From an uncultured Candidatus Saccharibacteria bacterium (GTDB lineage Bacteria > Patescibacteriota > Minisyncoccia > Phycocordibacterales > UBA1550): DNA of 60,799 nt. Below are positions 35,193 to 45,916 of the stretch, one piece after another (the stretch's first letter is position 1; each line of letters begins with the position of its first letter). The translations under genes and the position numbers were made by a program. The stretch spans positions 83,725 to 144,523 of the forward strand of contig CAYWES010000001.1 in assembly GCA_964457625.1 (NCBI GenBank), read 5' to 3'. Under the pieces are notes generated by a model, which did not search any database, was not told the origin of the DNA, and saw only the letters and a list, made by a program, of their open reading frames with translations.

Positions 35193-36305
35193 CTAGTCTT
35201 CCTGCTGAGGCTTATCGAGAACAAGAGGATCTATCCCCGAGGCCTCTCCCGTGATTTTGAGGACATCTTTATCAATCTTCTTGAGCTCTTTGTAGGATGT
35301 GTTGTAGTGGTTTACGGTCGTACCCAGAGCATTGCCGAGTTTTTTCATATACTCTTCGTAGGCGGTAATGTGTTTACGCAAATCCTCCACGCGCGCGATG
35401 ATTTGCTGGGCCGACTCTTCAATCTTAAAGGCACGAAAGCCATACAACACTGACTGGAGGTATGCGGAAAACGTTGTCGGCGATACGATAATAACCTTTT
35501 TTTCATTTGATGCGTAATCGATAAGATTGCGCGTATTTACTTTTATGGAGCCGACTTCATTAATGAGAAGGTCGTAGTAGATTCCTTCTGCGGGAATAAA
35601 CATAAAGGCAAATGGCAGTGTCCCCTCCTCGGGGCGTACGTACTTTGCCGTCTCATCAATGCGCTTTTTTAAGTCATTCCTAAAATCTTTTTCAAGTTCT
35701 TCTCGGCGCGTGGCGTCTGTTTCAACGATCACGCGATTGTAATTGTCGAGGGAGAACTTGGCATCAATAGGAATGATACCTTCTTTCGTTTCAATAATTG
35801 CATCCACCGTCTCGCCGTTTTTAAACGCATGCTGGAGTTTATAGGCTGTGGGAGGGAGAATATTTGAGAGGATGAGCTCAAGCGCCGCCTCGCCGAGCGC
35901 ACCGCGCTGTTTTTGGTGCTTGAGGACTTTTTCAAGGCTGTGAAGCTGGTCAGTAATGGTGAGAACTTGCTTGCTCGCTTCGTTTGCCGCGGTCATTTCT
36001 TTTGCGACGTGGAGGAGATTCTCTTTTACCTGGTCGTTGATCTGACGAATGAGTTTTTGGGATTCATTAAACTGAACATGCACCGCTTCTTGCGTCTCGC
36101 GATTCGTCTGACTCACTTTTGCATCAACGGTTTTCATAAACTCCCCTATCTGTGCTTGAAATGCGTTGATTTGGTTTTGAATGAGAAAGAGTGAGTCGTT
36201 TGAATCTTTCTGTATACCACCCTTTCCTCGGATGACAAAGAGAAGCACGAGGGCAATGACGAGCCCAATAAGTACTCCTATGATGATAGCGGTGAGTGGT
36301 GACAT
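35193..36305 (-). CDS. rmuC: DNA recombination protein RmuC
   Basis: N-terminal TM segment, a long coiled coil and a C-terminal RmuC nuclease-like domain (FMFIPAEGIYYDL ... VIIVSPTTF.AYLQ). Confidence 0.88.
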   Translation of the reverse strand: MSPLTAIIIGVLIGLVIALVLLFVIRGKGGIQKDSNDSLFLIQNQINAFQAQIGEFMKTVDAKVSQTNRETQEAVHVQFNESQKLIRQINDQVKENLLHVAKEMTAANEASKQVLTITDQLHSLEKVLKHQKQRGALGEAALELILSNILPPTAYKLQHAFKNGETVDAIIETKEGIIPIDAKFSLDNYNRVIVETDATRREELEKDFRNDLKKRIDETAKYVRPEEGTLPFAFMFIPAEGIYYDLLINEVGSIKVNTRNLIDYASNEKKVIIVSPTTFSAYLQSVLYGFRAFKIEESAQQIIARVEDLRKHITAYEEYMKKLGNALGTTVNHYNTSYKELKKIDKDVLKITGEASGIDPLVLDKPQQED

Positions 36306-36311
36306 GACTGA

Positions 36312-36872
36312 CTACCTACTCCAAAGGCGCTGGAAGAAACTGCGTACGCGCTCCGTTGTCCTCTGTACGAAAGAGCCCTCTCTTGCTTCCCTTCTTACTT
36401 CTTGTTGCTCAGCACGCTCTCTGAGAGTGTCTTCTGTGGCACGGCCTCCTCTGAGGAGATCTATCGCATTTACACGCTCTGGGCGATTAAGGGCCTCTTC
36501 TCGCTCCTGTCTTTCTGTGGGAGTTACTTCAGTATCTCTCATGAGCCTCTCTCGTTCAGGAATGCGTTGTTCAATTTCCCTTTTAAGAGGAGTGGGGATG
36601 ATTTCCTTCTGCAAGGACTCGCGCGCCGCTTCTATTCTCTTTTTTTCTTGCAAGAGACGATTTTCTTCTTCAAGGCGGAGTGCTTTTATTCTTTTCTCTT
36701 CTGCCATGAGACGAAGGCGCTCATCTTCCGCTTGCTTTTTGAGAAGTAATTCTCGTTCGCTTATTTCTTGGCGCTGTTTTTCCTGAGCCGTTCCCGTCTC
36801 TGCGGAAGTAACAGCTTGAACAAAAAACGGAACCGCAAACATCAACCCTACAATCAAAGGTAATTTGTGCAT
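36312..36872 (-). CDS. Secreted Glu/Arg-rich coiled-coil protein (186 aa), function unknown
   Basis: Signal peptide MHKLPLIVGLMFAVPFFVQA, then highly charged low-complexity E/R/K/L sequence. It ends 6 nt before the rmuC start. Confidence 0.6.
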   Translation of the reverse strand: MHKLPLIVGLMFAVPFFVQAVTSAETGTAQEKQRQEISERELLLKKQAEDERLRLMAEEKRIKALRLEEENRLLQEKKRIEAARESLQKEIIPTPLKREIEQRIPERERLMRDTEVTPTERQEREEALNRPERVNAIDLLRGGRATEDTLRERAEQQEVRREAREGSFVQRTTERVRSFFQRLWSR

Positions 36873-37038
36873 ATGTTTATGTTAATTAGCGTATATCCCA
36901 AGTATAGCATATTTCACAGTGGGTCAAGGGGTCGGAAGAATTTGAGGAGCATTGACAAATAGATGTTTTAGCTGTATTTTGGTGGGAGTAGTTATTTTGT
37001 CATTAAAGCTTTGTTCACCCATAAAGGAGAGTATAATT

Positions 37039-37479
37039 ATGACTAAGGTATTCGAATTTACAGACCTGATAGCAGAGTACTCATGGTCCATCGGAAAAAA
37101 ACTCGGTGGAGATGGCGTCCTGGTTCATCCAGTTATCTCGCAGGGGACCACTGGTGAGGAATGGATTAAAATACATCAGAAAAAAGGATACGTTTCGGAT
37201 CAGACCAAGAGCATACTCCGTTCACCCAACTTTAACCCCACAACCGGTGTGAAGACCTATGTTGTAATATTTAAGGTGCCTGCACACAGGAAACATGTCC
37301 CTAATAAGATTCGTACCGAAGCGATCAAGCGTGGATGGAAAATTCCCGACACCGAAGTATCCCAGCTTTTTCGTGCAAGATACAGGGACGGAAGAACCAT
37401 GGATGAGCTTGACGACGACTATTGGTATCGTAAGCTCGGGTTCGTGATTGATGTCTCGCAAGCCGCTTCTTTCCACTAA
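37039..37479 (+). CDS. Hypothetical protein (146 aa), no recognisable family
   Basis: ATG at 37039 preceded by the SD AAAGGAG. It has its own promoter (TTGACA-N17-TATTTT, about 36953-36981) and a strong terminator. I reject the ORF-track N-terminal extension from 36952. Confidence 0.6.
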   Translation: MTKVFEFTDLIAEYSWSIGKKLGGDGVLVHPVISQGTTGEEWIKIHQKKGYVSDQTKSILRSPNFNPTTGVKTYVVIFKVPAHRKHVPNKIRTEAIKRGWKIPDTEVSQLFRARYRDGRTMDELDDDYWYRKLGFVIDVSQAASFH

Positions 37480-37502
37480 TCCCTTTTTGAGTTTAATCGT
37501 TA

Positions 37503-37537
37503 GCCCTACCCCGAGGAATCGGAGTAGGGCTTTTTTA
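37503..37537 (+). terminator. Intrinsic terminator
   Basis: GCCCTAC..CCG/CGG..GTAGGGC stem followed by TTTTTT. Confidence 0.75.
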
Positions 37538-37618
37538 TAAAAACAAAAAAGTGCGCTAGATTTATGCGCATAAATACGCTATAATCGGAACATTATATAT
37601 AAAAAATATTAGATTCAT

Positions 37619-38074
37619 ATGGCTCTACACGAAGATATTAAGGCATCTCTCAAGCCGGCAATGCTTGCAAAGGATACCGTCCGCGTTTCCGTTATCCGTG
37701 GCATGATGGCATCATTTACCAATGAGCTTGTCGCGACAGGTGGTATGCCTCAAGACACCCTCTCTGATGAAGGAGTGCTTAAGGTCATCAAGCGCCTTGC
37801 AAATCAGCGCAAGGATTCTATTGAGCAGTTTGTCGCAGGAGGTCGCCCTGAGCTTGCTGAGGGAGAAAAGGCAGAGCTCGCAATCCTTGAATCATATCTC
37901 CCTGCCATGATGTCAAAGGAAGACATCAAAAAAGTTGCGGAAGCAAAGAAAGCGGAGCTTGGTGTCACGGACAAAGCAAAAGCGGGTCAGCTCGTCGGGG
38001 CAATCATGAAAGAGCTCGCGGGAAAAGCAGACGGCAACGATGTGAAAGCTGTTGTGGATGAGTTGTTTGGGTAA
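37619..38074 (+). CDS. GatB/YqeY domain protein
   Basis: I..LK.AM.AKD..R...IR.......NE pattern. 151 aa, the typical stand-alone YqeY size. Confidence 0.88.
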   Translation: MALHEDIKASLKPAMLAKDTVRVSVIRGMMASFTNELVATGGMPQDTLSDEGVLKVIKRLANQRKDSIEQFVAGGRPELAEGEKAELAILESYLPAMMSKEDIKKVAEAKKAELGVTDKAKAGQLVGAIMKELAGKADGNDVKAVVDELFG

Positions 38075-38096
38075 GAGGTACGAAGAGTTACTAATT

Positions 38097-38133
38097 CAAA
38101 AAGCGCGGGGGCTGAAAGCCCCCGCGCTTTTTG
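38097..38133. terminator. Bidirectional intrinsic terminator (perfect GC-rich stem)
   Basis: AAAAAGCGCGGGGGCT-gaa-AGCCCCCGCGCTTTTT. Confidence 0.85.
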
Positions 38134-38154
38134 AATTTTATCTATGCACGAGCG

Positions 38155-38718
38155 TTATTGCCTTATAAACACAAAGGTGTCTTCCCCTTTTATGGTGAGC
38201 GTAGCCCCTTCAAGCGTGTATGTTGCGCCGTTGGTGAGATTTCGAGAAAAGGACGCCTCGTGTTCCATAATATCTACAGGAGAATTACAAAGTTTTTTTG
38301 TAGAAGCGAGTCCTGTCGTACTGATACGCGTTCCGCTAATGGAATATGTTCCCGTCATTGAGTTACAAAATGAAGCATTTATCTTTCCTTCATTGAAACC
38401 AAGGAGATACGTTGTCCCGGGAAGAAATCCGACCCCATTGTAGGTCAAAAGTCTAAATCCCAATCCATCAAGAGGTCCCTTAACATTCACTCCTCCCGTA
38501 GAAACCTGTACGGGAGGCGTGGTCGTCGTAGATACATTTGCGCTTGCGGTATCACGAATTCCCGTATCAATACCACTCTCCTCAGAGAGAACCTGTTCCA
38601 AGTACTCCTGCGTATCAAGAGGCTCTGCCGAAGGCGCCTCACGAGAAGCCGAATAAACTCCACCCAACACAACAATCCCCAATACAATAATAGCCCCTGT
38701 GATTATTTTCTTATCCAT
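38155..38718 (-). CDS. Membrane-anchored META (HslJ-like) domain protein
   Basis: N-terminal TM segment. The C-terminal domain has two Cys residues and the ..CN...G.Y...G..I......T...C......E..F...L......Y.L.G..L.. pattern typical of META domains. Confidence 0.65.
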   Translation of the reverse strand: MDKKIITGAIIVLGIVVLGGVYSASREAPSAEPLDTQEYLEQVLSEESGIDTGIRDTASANVSTTTTPPVQVSTGGVNVKGPLDGLGFRLLTYNGVGFLPGTTYLLGFNEGKINASFCNSMTGTYSISGTRISTTGLASTKKLCNSPVDIMEHEASFSRNLTNGATYTLEGATLTIKGEDTFVFIRQ

Positions 38719-38773
38719 AATGATTAAGTATACCTCTTCTCTGTCTCTAGACGCAATATATAGCGATTGAGGA

Positions 38774-40012
38774 TTACTTTTTCTTGCGCTTTAATACTTG
38801 CTTCTCTCGGAGACCTCTATGGTATGCAATCGCAAAGCGATGTGCTTCGTTGTTTGCAAGGAGGACGAGGCGCTCGTGAGCTTTCTTTGCTTTTGCATCG
38901 CCGATGATATCGCGTGGGCGATGGTGTTCGTCTTTCACCACTCCCACCACAGGAATACTCATTTCAAGAGACTTCAGCACACTCTTTGCTGTGTTGAGTT
39001 GCGCGGTGCCTCCATCCACGACGATGAGCGTGGGCATACTCCATTCAGCATGCCCAAAACGTCGCGTGAGCATTTCACGGAGGGATGCGTTGTCATCATT
39101 GGTACTTGTACGAATACGAAACTTCCGATATGCCTGCTTTTGCACTTCCCCATTCTCTACCACCGTCATCACCCCCACCGTGTTGGTACCTGAAATATGC
39201 GCTACATCATACGCCTCAATACGCACTGTTTTCTCGGGGTCTACCGCATCAGCATTAAACCCTTGTTTTATGAGTGCCACATCTTGAATATGGTTGAGCG
39301 CAAAAATCATACGCTTGATACGCCCTGCTTCTTCAAAGCGGAGATCTTTGCCCGCCTTCTTCATGTCGCGCTCAAGTGATTTCAAAAGTTCTTTCTTTCG
39401 TCCTTCAAAGAAAAGTTTAATGCGTTGTATCGTCTGCGCGTATTCTTTCTTGGTCATGTTTCCCAGGCATACTCCCGGACAAAGTCCTATCTGCGCATTG
39501 AAACAGGGTTTGCCTGAGTTTGGTTTACAGGTGTCACGAAATGGAAAAATCTTGCGCACGAGACTGAGCGCTTCGCGAAGAATGCCCCCCGAAGGAAACG
39601 GACCAAACACATATTTCGCTCCCTTTTCCGTAAACGAAAGCTCTCTTCCACGCGCGATGGTCACTCTTGGGAATTCTTCATCGGTAATAACCACGTAATT
39701 AAAACTTTTGTTGCTCTTTTCTTTTGTGTTGTAGGGCGGTTGATATTTTTTGATGAGATGCGCTTCAAGGATGAGAGCTTCCAGTACAGAATCAGTCTCA
39801 ATGTGATCTACTGAGCGTGATGCTTCAATCATGCCCACGAGAATAGGCCCACGCGTCTCGATGAGGTTAGTGTTGAAATAGCTCCCCACGCGACTTTTCA
39901 AAGATGTCGCCTTGCCAATATAGAGGATCTCTCGTTTCAGACCACGGAAAAGATACACCCCCGGCTTGTTGGGAAGCTTTTTGCGCAGATTTTTGACTAC
40001 TGAAGCCTTCAT
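38774..40012 (-). CDS. uvrC: Excinuclease ABC subunit C, compact form (412 aa)
   Basis: GIY-YIG (GVYLFRG...ILYIGKATSLKSRV), a Cys-rich segment, a UVR domain (RFEEAGRIKRMIFAL) and an RNase H-like endonuclease domain (RIEAYDVAHISG ... VVDGG.AQ). No C-terminal (HhH)2. Confidence 0.9.
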   Translation of the reverse strand: MKASVVKNLRKKLPNKPGVYLFRGLKREILYIGKATSLKSRVGSYFNTNLIETRGPILVGMIEASRSVDHIETDSVLEALILEAHLIKKYQPPYNTKEKSNKSFNYVVITDEEFPRVTIARGRELSFTEKGAKYVFGPFPSGGILREALSLVRKIFPFRDTCKPNSGKPCFNAQIGLCPGVCLGNMTKKEYAQTIQRIKLFFEGRKKELLKSLERDMKKAGKDLRFEEAGRIKRMIFALNHIQDVALIKQGFNADAVDPEKTVRIEAYDVAHISGTNTVGVMTVVENGEVQKQAYRKFRIRTSTNDDNASLREMLTRRFGHAEWSMPTLIVVDGGTAQLNTAKSVLKSLEMSIPVVGVVKDEHHRPRDIIGDAKAKKAHERLVLLANNEAHRFAIAYHRGLREKQVLKRKKK

Positions 40013-40035
40013 CGTTCAGATATATGTTGGACACT

Positions 40036-42609
40036 CTATTTTCCTTTCTTCTTCAAGACCCTCTTCAAATACTTCCCTGTATACGAATTTGGGTTTGAAG
40101 CAACTTGTTCGGGGGTACCGCGGGCGACGATTTGCCCACCACCCACGCCACCTTCAGGACCAATATCCAGAAGGTAATCTGAGGATTTAATTACATCCAT
40201 ATTGTGCTCAATGGTAAGCACGCTGTTGCCCTTATCCACGAGCTTTTGGAGGATCTCAATAAGCTTGCGCACGTCTTCATAGTGAAGTCCCACCGTCGGC
40301 TCATCGAGGAGGTAAATCGTGCGCTCAGTATACGGACGATAAAGCTCTGAAGAAATTTTCACACGCTGAGCTTCACCGCCTGAGAGCGTCGTTGCAGACT
40401 GCCCAAGCTCAAGGTAGCCGAGCCCCACTTCATTGAGTGTCTTCAAACGATCGTAAATAGCGGGAATATCAATAAAGAAGTCGAGCGCTTCCTCCACAGT
40501 CATCTTGAGGACTTCGTAAATATTCTTCTTTTTGTATTTCACATCAAGCGTCTCTTTTTCAAAGCGCTTGCCACGGCACACATCGCAGGTCACATATACC
40601 GTCGGCAAAAAGTGCATCTCAACGGCAATCGTGCCATTTCCCTGGCATGTCTCACAGCGCCCACCTTTTACATTGAAAGAGAAGCGCCCGGGACCCCATC
40701 CACGCAAGCGTGCTTCCTCAGTAGACGCAAAGAGGTCTCGGATAAAGGTAAACGCTCCCGTGTAGGTAGCGGGGTTTGAGCGCGGAGTACGACCAATCGG
40801 CGACTGATCAATGAGTACCACGCGACTTAAGTATTCGGTACCCGTAAACGATTCACAGTTGAATGTCTCAGGAGAGCGATAGCGACGCTCAAGGCGCGCC
40901 TGAAGATTTTTGTGAATAATCTCATAGAGAAATGTTGATTTCCCTGATCCTGAGACTCCTGTAATCGTTACGAGCTTTCCGAGGGGAACTTCGGCATTAA
41001 GGTGCTTGATATTAAACGCCACTCCTTCGCGAATCCTTAGGTGTCCCTTGTCTTCGTCACGACGCTTTGGTATCTCTACTTCAGCATCACCGCGCAAGTA
41101 GTCCAGGGTGAGAGACTTATGCTTCTTGGGATTCATGAGGAGCTCTTCGAGGTAGCCCTCGGCGACGACATTTCCTCCATGCACACCCGCCCCCGGTCCA
41201 ATATCTACAAGATAATCAGACGCAAAAATCGTGTCTTCATCATGCTCCACAACAATAATCGTATTCCCCAAATCACGAAGCTCTTTGAGGGTCTTGATAA
41301 GGCGATCGTTGTCGCGCTGATGGAGTCCGATTGTTGGCTCATCAAGCACATAGAGCGCCCCCACAAGGCGCGATCCGAGTTGTGACGCAAGGCGAATACG
41401 CTGAGCTTCTCCTCCGGAGAGTGTCCCTGCTTTGCGATCAAGCGTAAGGTATTCGATGCCCACATTGAGCATGAAGGAAAGTCTACTGGTAATCTCTTTT
41501 ACCACAGGTACGGAAATATCTTTATCACGCGCTGAAATCTTGAGGTGCGCAAAGAATTCGCTCGCTTCCCCAATAGACATACGCGCGACATCCACGATAT
41601 TTTTGTCACTGACTTTTACATGAAGCGCTTCTTTGCGGAGACGCGCGCCTTCACAATCGGGACATGGCTCAGACCCAAAGAAGTGCTTACTCCCGATACC
41701 GTTACATGCGGGACATGCACCATACGGAGAGTTAAAAGAAAACAGACGTGGCTCAATTTCCGGGTACGAGAAACCATCGTTGGGGCAGGAGAACTGATTC
41801 GACATAATGTTGTCTGCCGTATCAACTCCATCTTTGGTAAAGACAATGCGCACAAGGCTTCCTGATTCCGTGAGCGCGCGTTCTACCGCCTCACTCAACC
41901 GCTCACGACCTTTGTCTGTCTTATTTTTGAAGTCAGCAATATTGATTTCGTCCACAAGCACATCAATCTCATGCTTCTTGGTTTTTGAGAGCACAATTTG
42001 CTCACGAAGATTTTTCACTTCTCCGTCCACGCGCACCATGAGGTATCCCTTTCCAAGGAGGTCATAGAGAAGCTGATAGTATTCCCCTTTTCGTCCGCGG
42101 ACAAGGGGGGCAAAAATCCGCACGGTAGAGGCGCCTTTCCCACTCCCCGTCTTTATATCGTCGAGAATAAAGTTAATGATTTCTTCTGTGCCGAGGCGCT
42201 TTATTTCTTCACCACAAATAAGACAATAGGGCTTCCCGATGCGCGCAAAAAGCACACGAAGATAATCGTAAATCTCCGTGATAGTCGCCACCGTTGAGCG
42301 AGGGTTTGAAGAGTGGGACTTTTGGTCAATGGAAATTGCGGGAGAAAGACCGGTGATTTCGTCCACATCAGGCTTTTGCATTTGGTTCAAAAACTGCCGT
42401 GCATAGGCGGAAAGTGATTCCACATAGCGTCGTTGCCCCTCGGCGAAAATAGTATCAAAGGCGAGCGACGACTTCCCCGACCCGGAAAGTCCCGTAAAAA
42501 CCGTCATCGTCCCGCGAGGTATTTCAACAGAAATATTTTTGAGGTTGTGGGTGCGTGCTCCCGAAACGGTAATCACCTCAAGCCCTTGTTGTTTTTTTTG
42601 ATTACTCAT
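40036..42609 (-). CDS. uvrA: Excinuclease ABC subunit A, short form (857 aa)
   Basis: Two ABC modules ([24 protein letters not shown]; LSGGEAQR twice) and zinc modules. The segment between CPAC and CPDC is only about 13 aa. Confidence 0.95.
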   Translation of the reverse strand: MSNQKKQQGLEVITVSGARTHNLKNISVEIPRGTMTVFTGLSGSGKSSLAFDTIFAEGQRRYVESLSAYARQFLNQMQKPDVDEITGLSPAISIDQKSHSSNPRSTVATITEIYDYLRVLFARIGKPYCLICGEEIKRLGTEEIINFILDDIKTGSGKGASTVRIFAPLVRGRKGEYYQLLYDLLGKGYLMVRVDGEVKNLREQIVLSKTKKHEIDVLVDEINIADFKNKTDKGRERLSEAVERALTESGSLVRIVFTKDGVDTADNIMSNQFSCPNDGFSYPEIEPRLFSFNSPYGACPACNGIGSKHFFGSEPCPDCEGARLRKEALHVKVSDKNIVDVARMSIGEASEFFAHLKISARDKDISVPVVKEITSRLSFMLNVGIEYLTLDRKAGTLSGGEAQRIRLASQLGSRLVGALYVLDEPTIGLHQRDNDRLIKTLKELRDLGNTIIVVEHDEDTIFASDYLVDIGPGAGVHGGNVVAEGYLEELLMNPKKHKSLTLDYLRGDAEVEIPKRRDEDKGHLRIREGVAFNIKHLNAEVPLGKLVTITGVSGSGKSTFLYEIIHKNLQARLERRYRSPETFNCESFTGTEYLSRVVLIDQSPIGRTPRSNPATYTGAFTFIRDLFASTEEARLRGWGPGRFSFNVKGGRCETCQGNGTIAVEMHFLPTVYVTCDVCRGKRFEKETLDVKYKKKNIYEVLKMTVEEALDFFIDIPAIYDRLKTLNEVGLGYLELGQSATTLSGGEAQRVKISSELYRPYTERTIYLLDEPTVGLHYEDVRKLIEILQKLVDKGNSVLTIEHNMDVIKSSDYLLDIGPEGGVGGGQIVARGTPEQVASNPNSYTGKYLKRVLKKKGK

Positions 42610-42611
42610 AT

Positions 42612-44621
42612 TTATTGTCCTATTTTTAATGCGGCAATCTCGTCTCGTAAAATGGCAGCGGTTTCAAAATCAAGCTCTTTGACCGCTTTTGCCATTTCTT
42701 TCTCTTTGAGTTTGATAAGTCTTGCGAGGTCTTTTCCAAATATTTCTGTATCAAGAGAAAGATTTGATTTCACCGCTTTCATGTGTTCGGTCTCAAGATG
42801 CTCGGTGATATCTTTGATCCTTTTGATAACCGTCTTTGGCGTGATTCCATGTTCTTTGTTGTACGCCATCTGTAACGCGCGACGACGATTTGTTTCTCCC
42901 ACAGCGCGTTCAATGGAACCCGTGAGAGTATCCGCATAGAGTATCACGCGTCCGAGAACATTGCGCGCGGCGCGTCCGATAATCTGAATGAGTGCACTTT
43001 CCGAACGAAGAAATCCTTCTTTGTCCGCGTCAAGAATACCAATGAGTGTCACTTCAGGGAGGTCTAATCCTTCGCGGAGGAGATTCACACCCACAATACA
43101 ATCAAATGTTCCCTTTCGAAACTCGGTAAGAATCTGAATACGCTCAATTGTTTTGATGTCGCTGTGAAGGTACTCCGCCTTAATCCCCTCTCCCTTGAGA
43201 TAGTCAGCGAGGTCTTCCGCCATTTTTTTTGTAAGCGTCGTAGCGATAACACGCCCTCCTTTTTCCACTGCCTGCTTGGTTTCTTTGATAAAATCTTGAA
43301 TCTGCCCCAGATGAGCGCCTGACTCCTGAATAGGACGTACGGAAATCTCAGGGTCAATAAGTCCGGTGGGGCGGATAATCTGCTCTACAATTTGTTTTGA
43401 AACTTCGCGCTCATAATCTGCCGGAGTGGCGGATGTATACACGACCTGTCCCACACGCTCCGTAAACTCATCAAAGGTAAGGGGGCGATTGTCTTTTGCG
43501 CTCGGAAGACGAAAGCCAAACTCAACAAGTGTCTTTTTGCGCGATTGATCCCCTGCATACATACCGCCGATTTGCGGTACGGTCACATGAGATTCATCAA
43601 TAATCGTGAGGAAGTCCGGCGTACCGTCATCTTTGTGGGGGAAGTATGAAAGAAGGGTATCAGGGGCAGATCCTTCAGGACGCCCCGCCATATGGCGTGA
43701 ATAATTTTCAATGCCGTTACAATAGCCGACCTCGCGAATCATCGCAATGTCATACATGGTACGACGACTGAGGCGTTCGGCTTCAAGAAGTTTCCCTTCT
43801 TTTTTAAAAACTTTAAGTTGAGCTTCAAGTTCCGCCTTGATTGCCTTGATGGCTCGATCTTTCTCCTTTTTGTTTGTAATAAAGTGTTTTGTGGGGAAAA
43901 GGAAAATACTATCTTCAGAATTTTGTATTTTTTGTGAGACCGGATCTACTTTCTGTATCGTAGCAATACCCCGCGCGTCGAGAGTGATACTCCACACTAT
44001 TTTTTCTGAGACCGGCATAATCTCGATCATGGGTCCGATGGAACGAAACGTCCCCGGTGTGAGATCCGCGTTTGTTCGCTCAAAATGAATCGCAATAAGT
44101 TTTTGCATAATCTCCTTGCGATCAATTGCTTGCCCCACAGAAAGACGAAGATTTTCCTTTGCGTATTCCTCAGGAGATCCCAAACCATAAATACACGAAA
44201 CCGACGCAACGATGATAACATCCTTTCGCGTGAGGAGTGCCTGCGTAGAGGCATGGCGGAGACGGTCAATCTCTTCATTGATCTGCGCGTCTTTTTCAAT
44301 ATACGTATCCGTCACCGGCATGTAGGCTTCCGGCTGATAGTAATCGTAGTACGATACGAAATAGTGCACCGCGTGATTAGGGAAAAACTCCTGAAACTCT
44401 TGAGCGAGCTGTGCTGCCAAGGTTTTGTTGTGGGCAATGACGAGCGTCGGCTTGCCATGCGCGGCAATCACATTTGCCATCGTAAAGGTCTTTCCCGACC
44501 CCGTAACACCCAAAAGCGTCTGACGGTCGTATCCGTCTTTCAAGCCCTTTGTGAGCGATTGTATGGCCTTTGGCTGGTCCCCTGCCGGTGGCCAATCTGA
44601 TGTAAGGGTAAATACGGACAT
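42612..44621 (-). CDS. uvrB: Excinuclease ABC subunit B
   Basis: Helicase motifs (GVTGSGKTFT, DESH), a beta-hairpin region and a C-terminal UVR domain (LDFETAAILRDEI). The start at 44621 (MSVFTL) is supported by TGgTATTAT 7 nt upstream. Confidence 0.95.
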   Translation of the reverse strand: MSVFTLTSDWPPAGDQPKAIQSLTKGLKDGYDRQTLLGVTGSGKTFTMANVIAAHGKPTLVIAHNKTLAAQLAQEFQEFFPNHAVHYFVSYYDYYQPEAYMPVTDTYIEKDAQINEEIDRLRHASTQALLTRKDVIIVASVSCIYGLGSPEEYAKENLRLSVGQAIDRKEIMQKLIAIHFERTNADLTPGTFRSIGPMIEIMPVSEKIVWSITLDARGIATIQKVDPVSQKIQNSEDSIFLFPTKHFITNKKEKDRAIKAIKAELEAQLKVFKKEGKLLEAERLSRRTMYDIAMIREVGYCNGIENYSRHMAGRPEGSAPDTLLSYFPHKDDGTPDFLTIIDESHVTVPQIGGMYAGDQSRKKTLVEFGFRLPSAKDNRPLTFDEFTERVGQVVYTSATPADYEREVSKQIVEQIIRPTGLIDPEISVRPIQESGAHLGQIQDFIKETKQAVEKGGRVIATTLTKKMAEDLADYLKGEGIKAEYLHSDIKTIERIQILTEFRKGTFDCIVGVNLLREGLDLPEVTLIGILDADKEGFLRSESALIQIIGRAARNVLGRVILYADTLTGSIERAVGETNRRRALQMAYNKEHGITPKTVIKRIKDITEHLETEHMKAVKSNLSLDTEIFGKDLARLIKLKEKEMAKAVKELDFETAAILRDEIAALKIGQ

Positions 44622-44628
44622 TCTCGCA

Positions 44629-44637
44629 ATAATACCA
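44629..44637 (-). promoter_or_regulatory. Extended -10 box TGgTATTAT (minus strand), 7 nt upstream of the uvrB ATG at 44621
   Basis: Read from the reverse complement. Confidence 0.5.
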
Positions 44638-44683
44638 CAAAATCCTTCTTTTTGTAAGAGGTTTGAGGATCCTCTCACAGGCT

Positions 44684-45913
<1,230 letters not shown>

Positions 45914-45916
45914 CAT

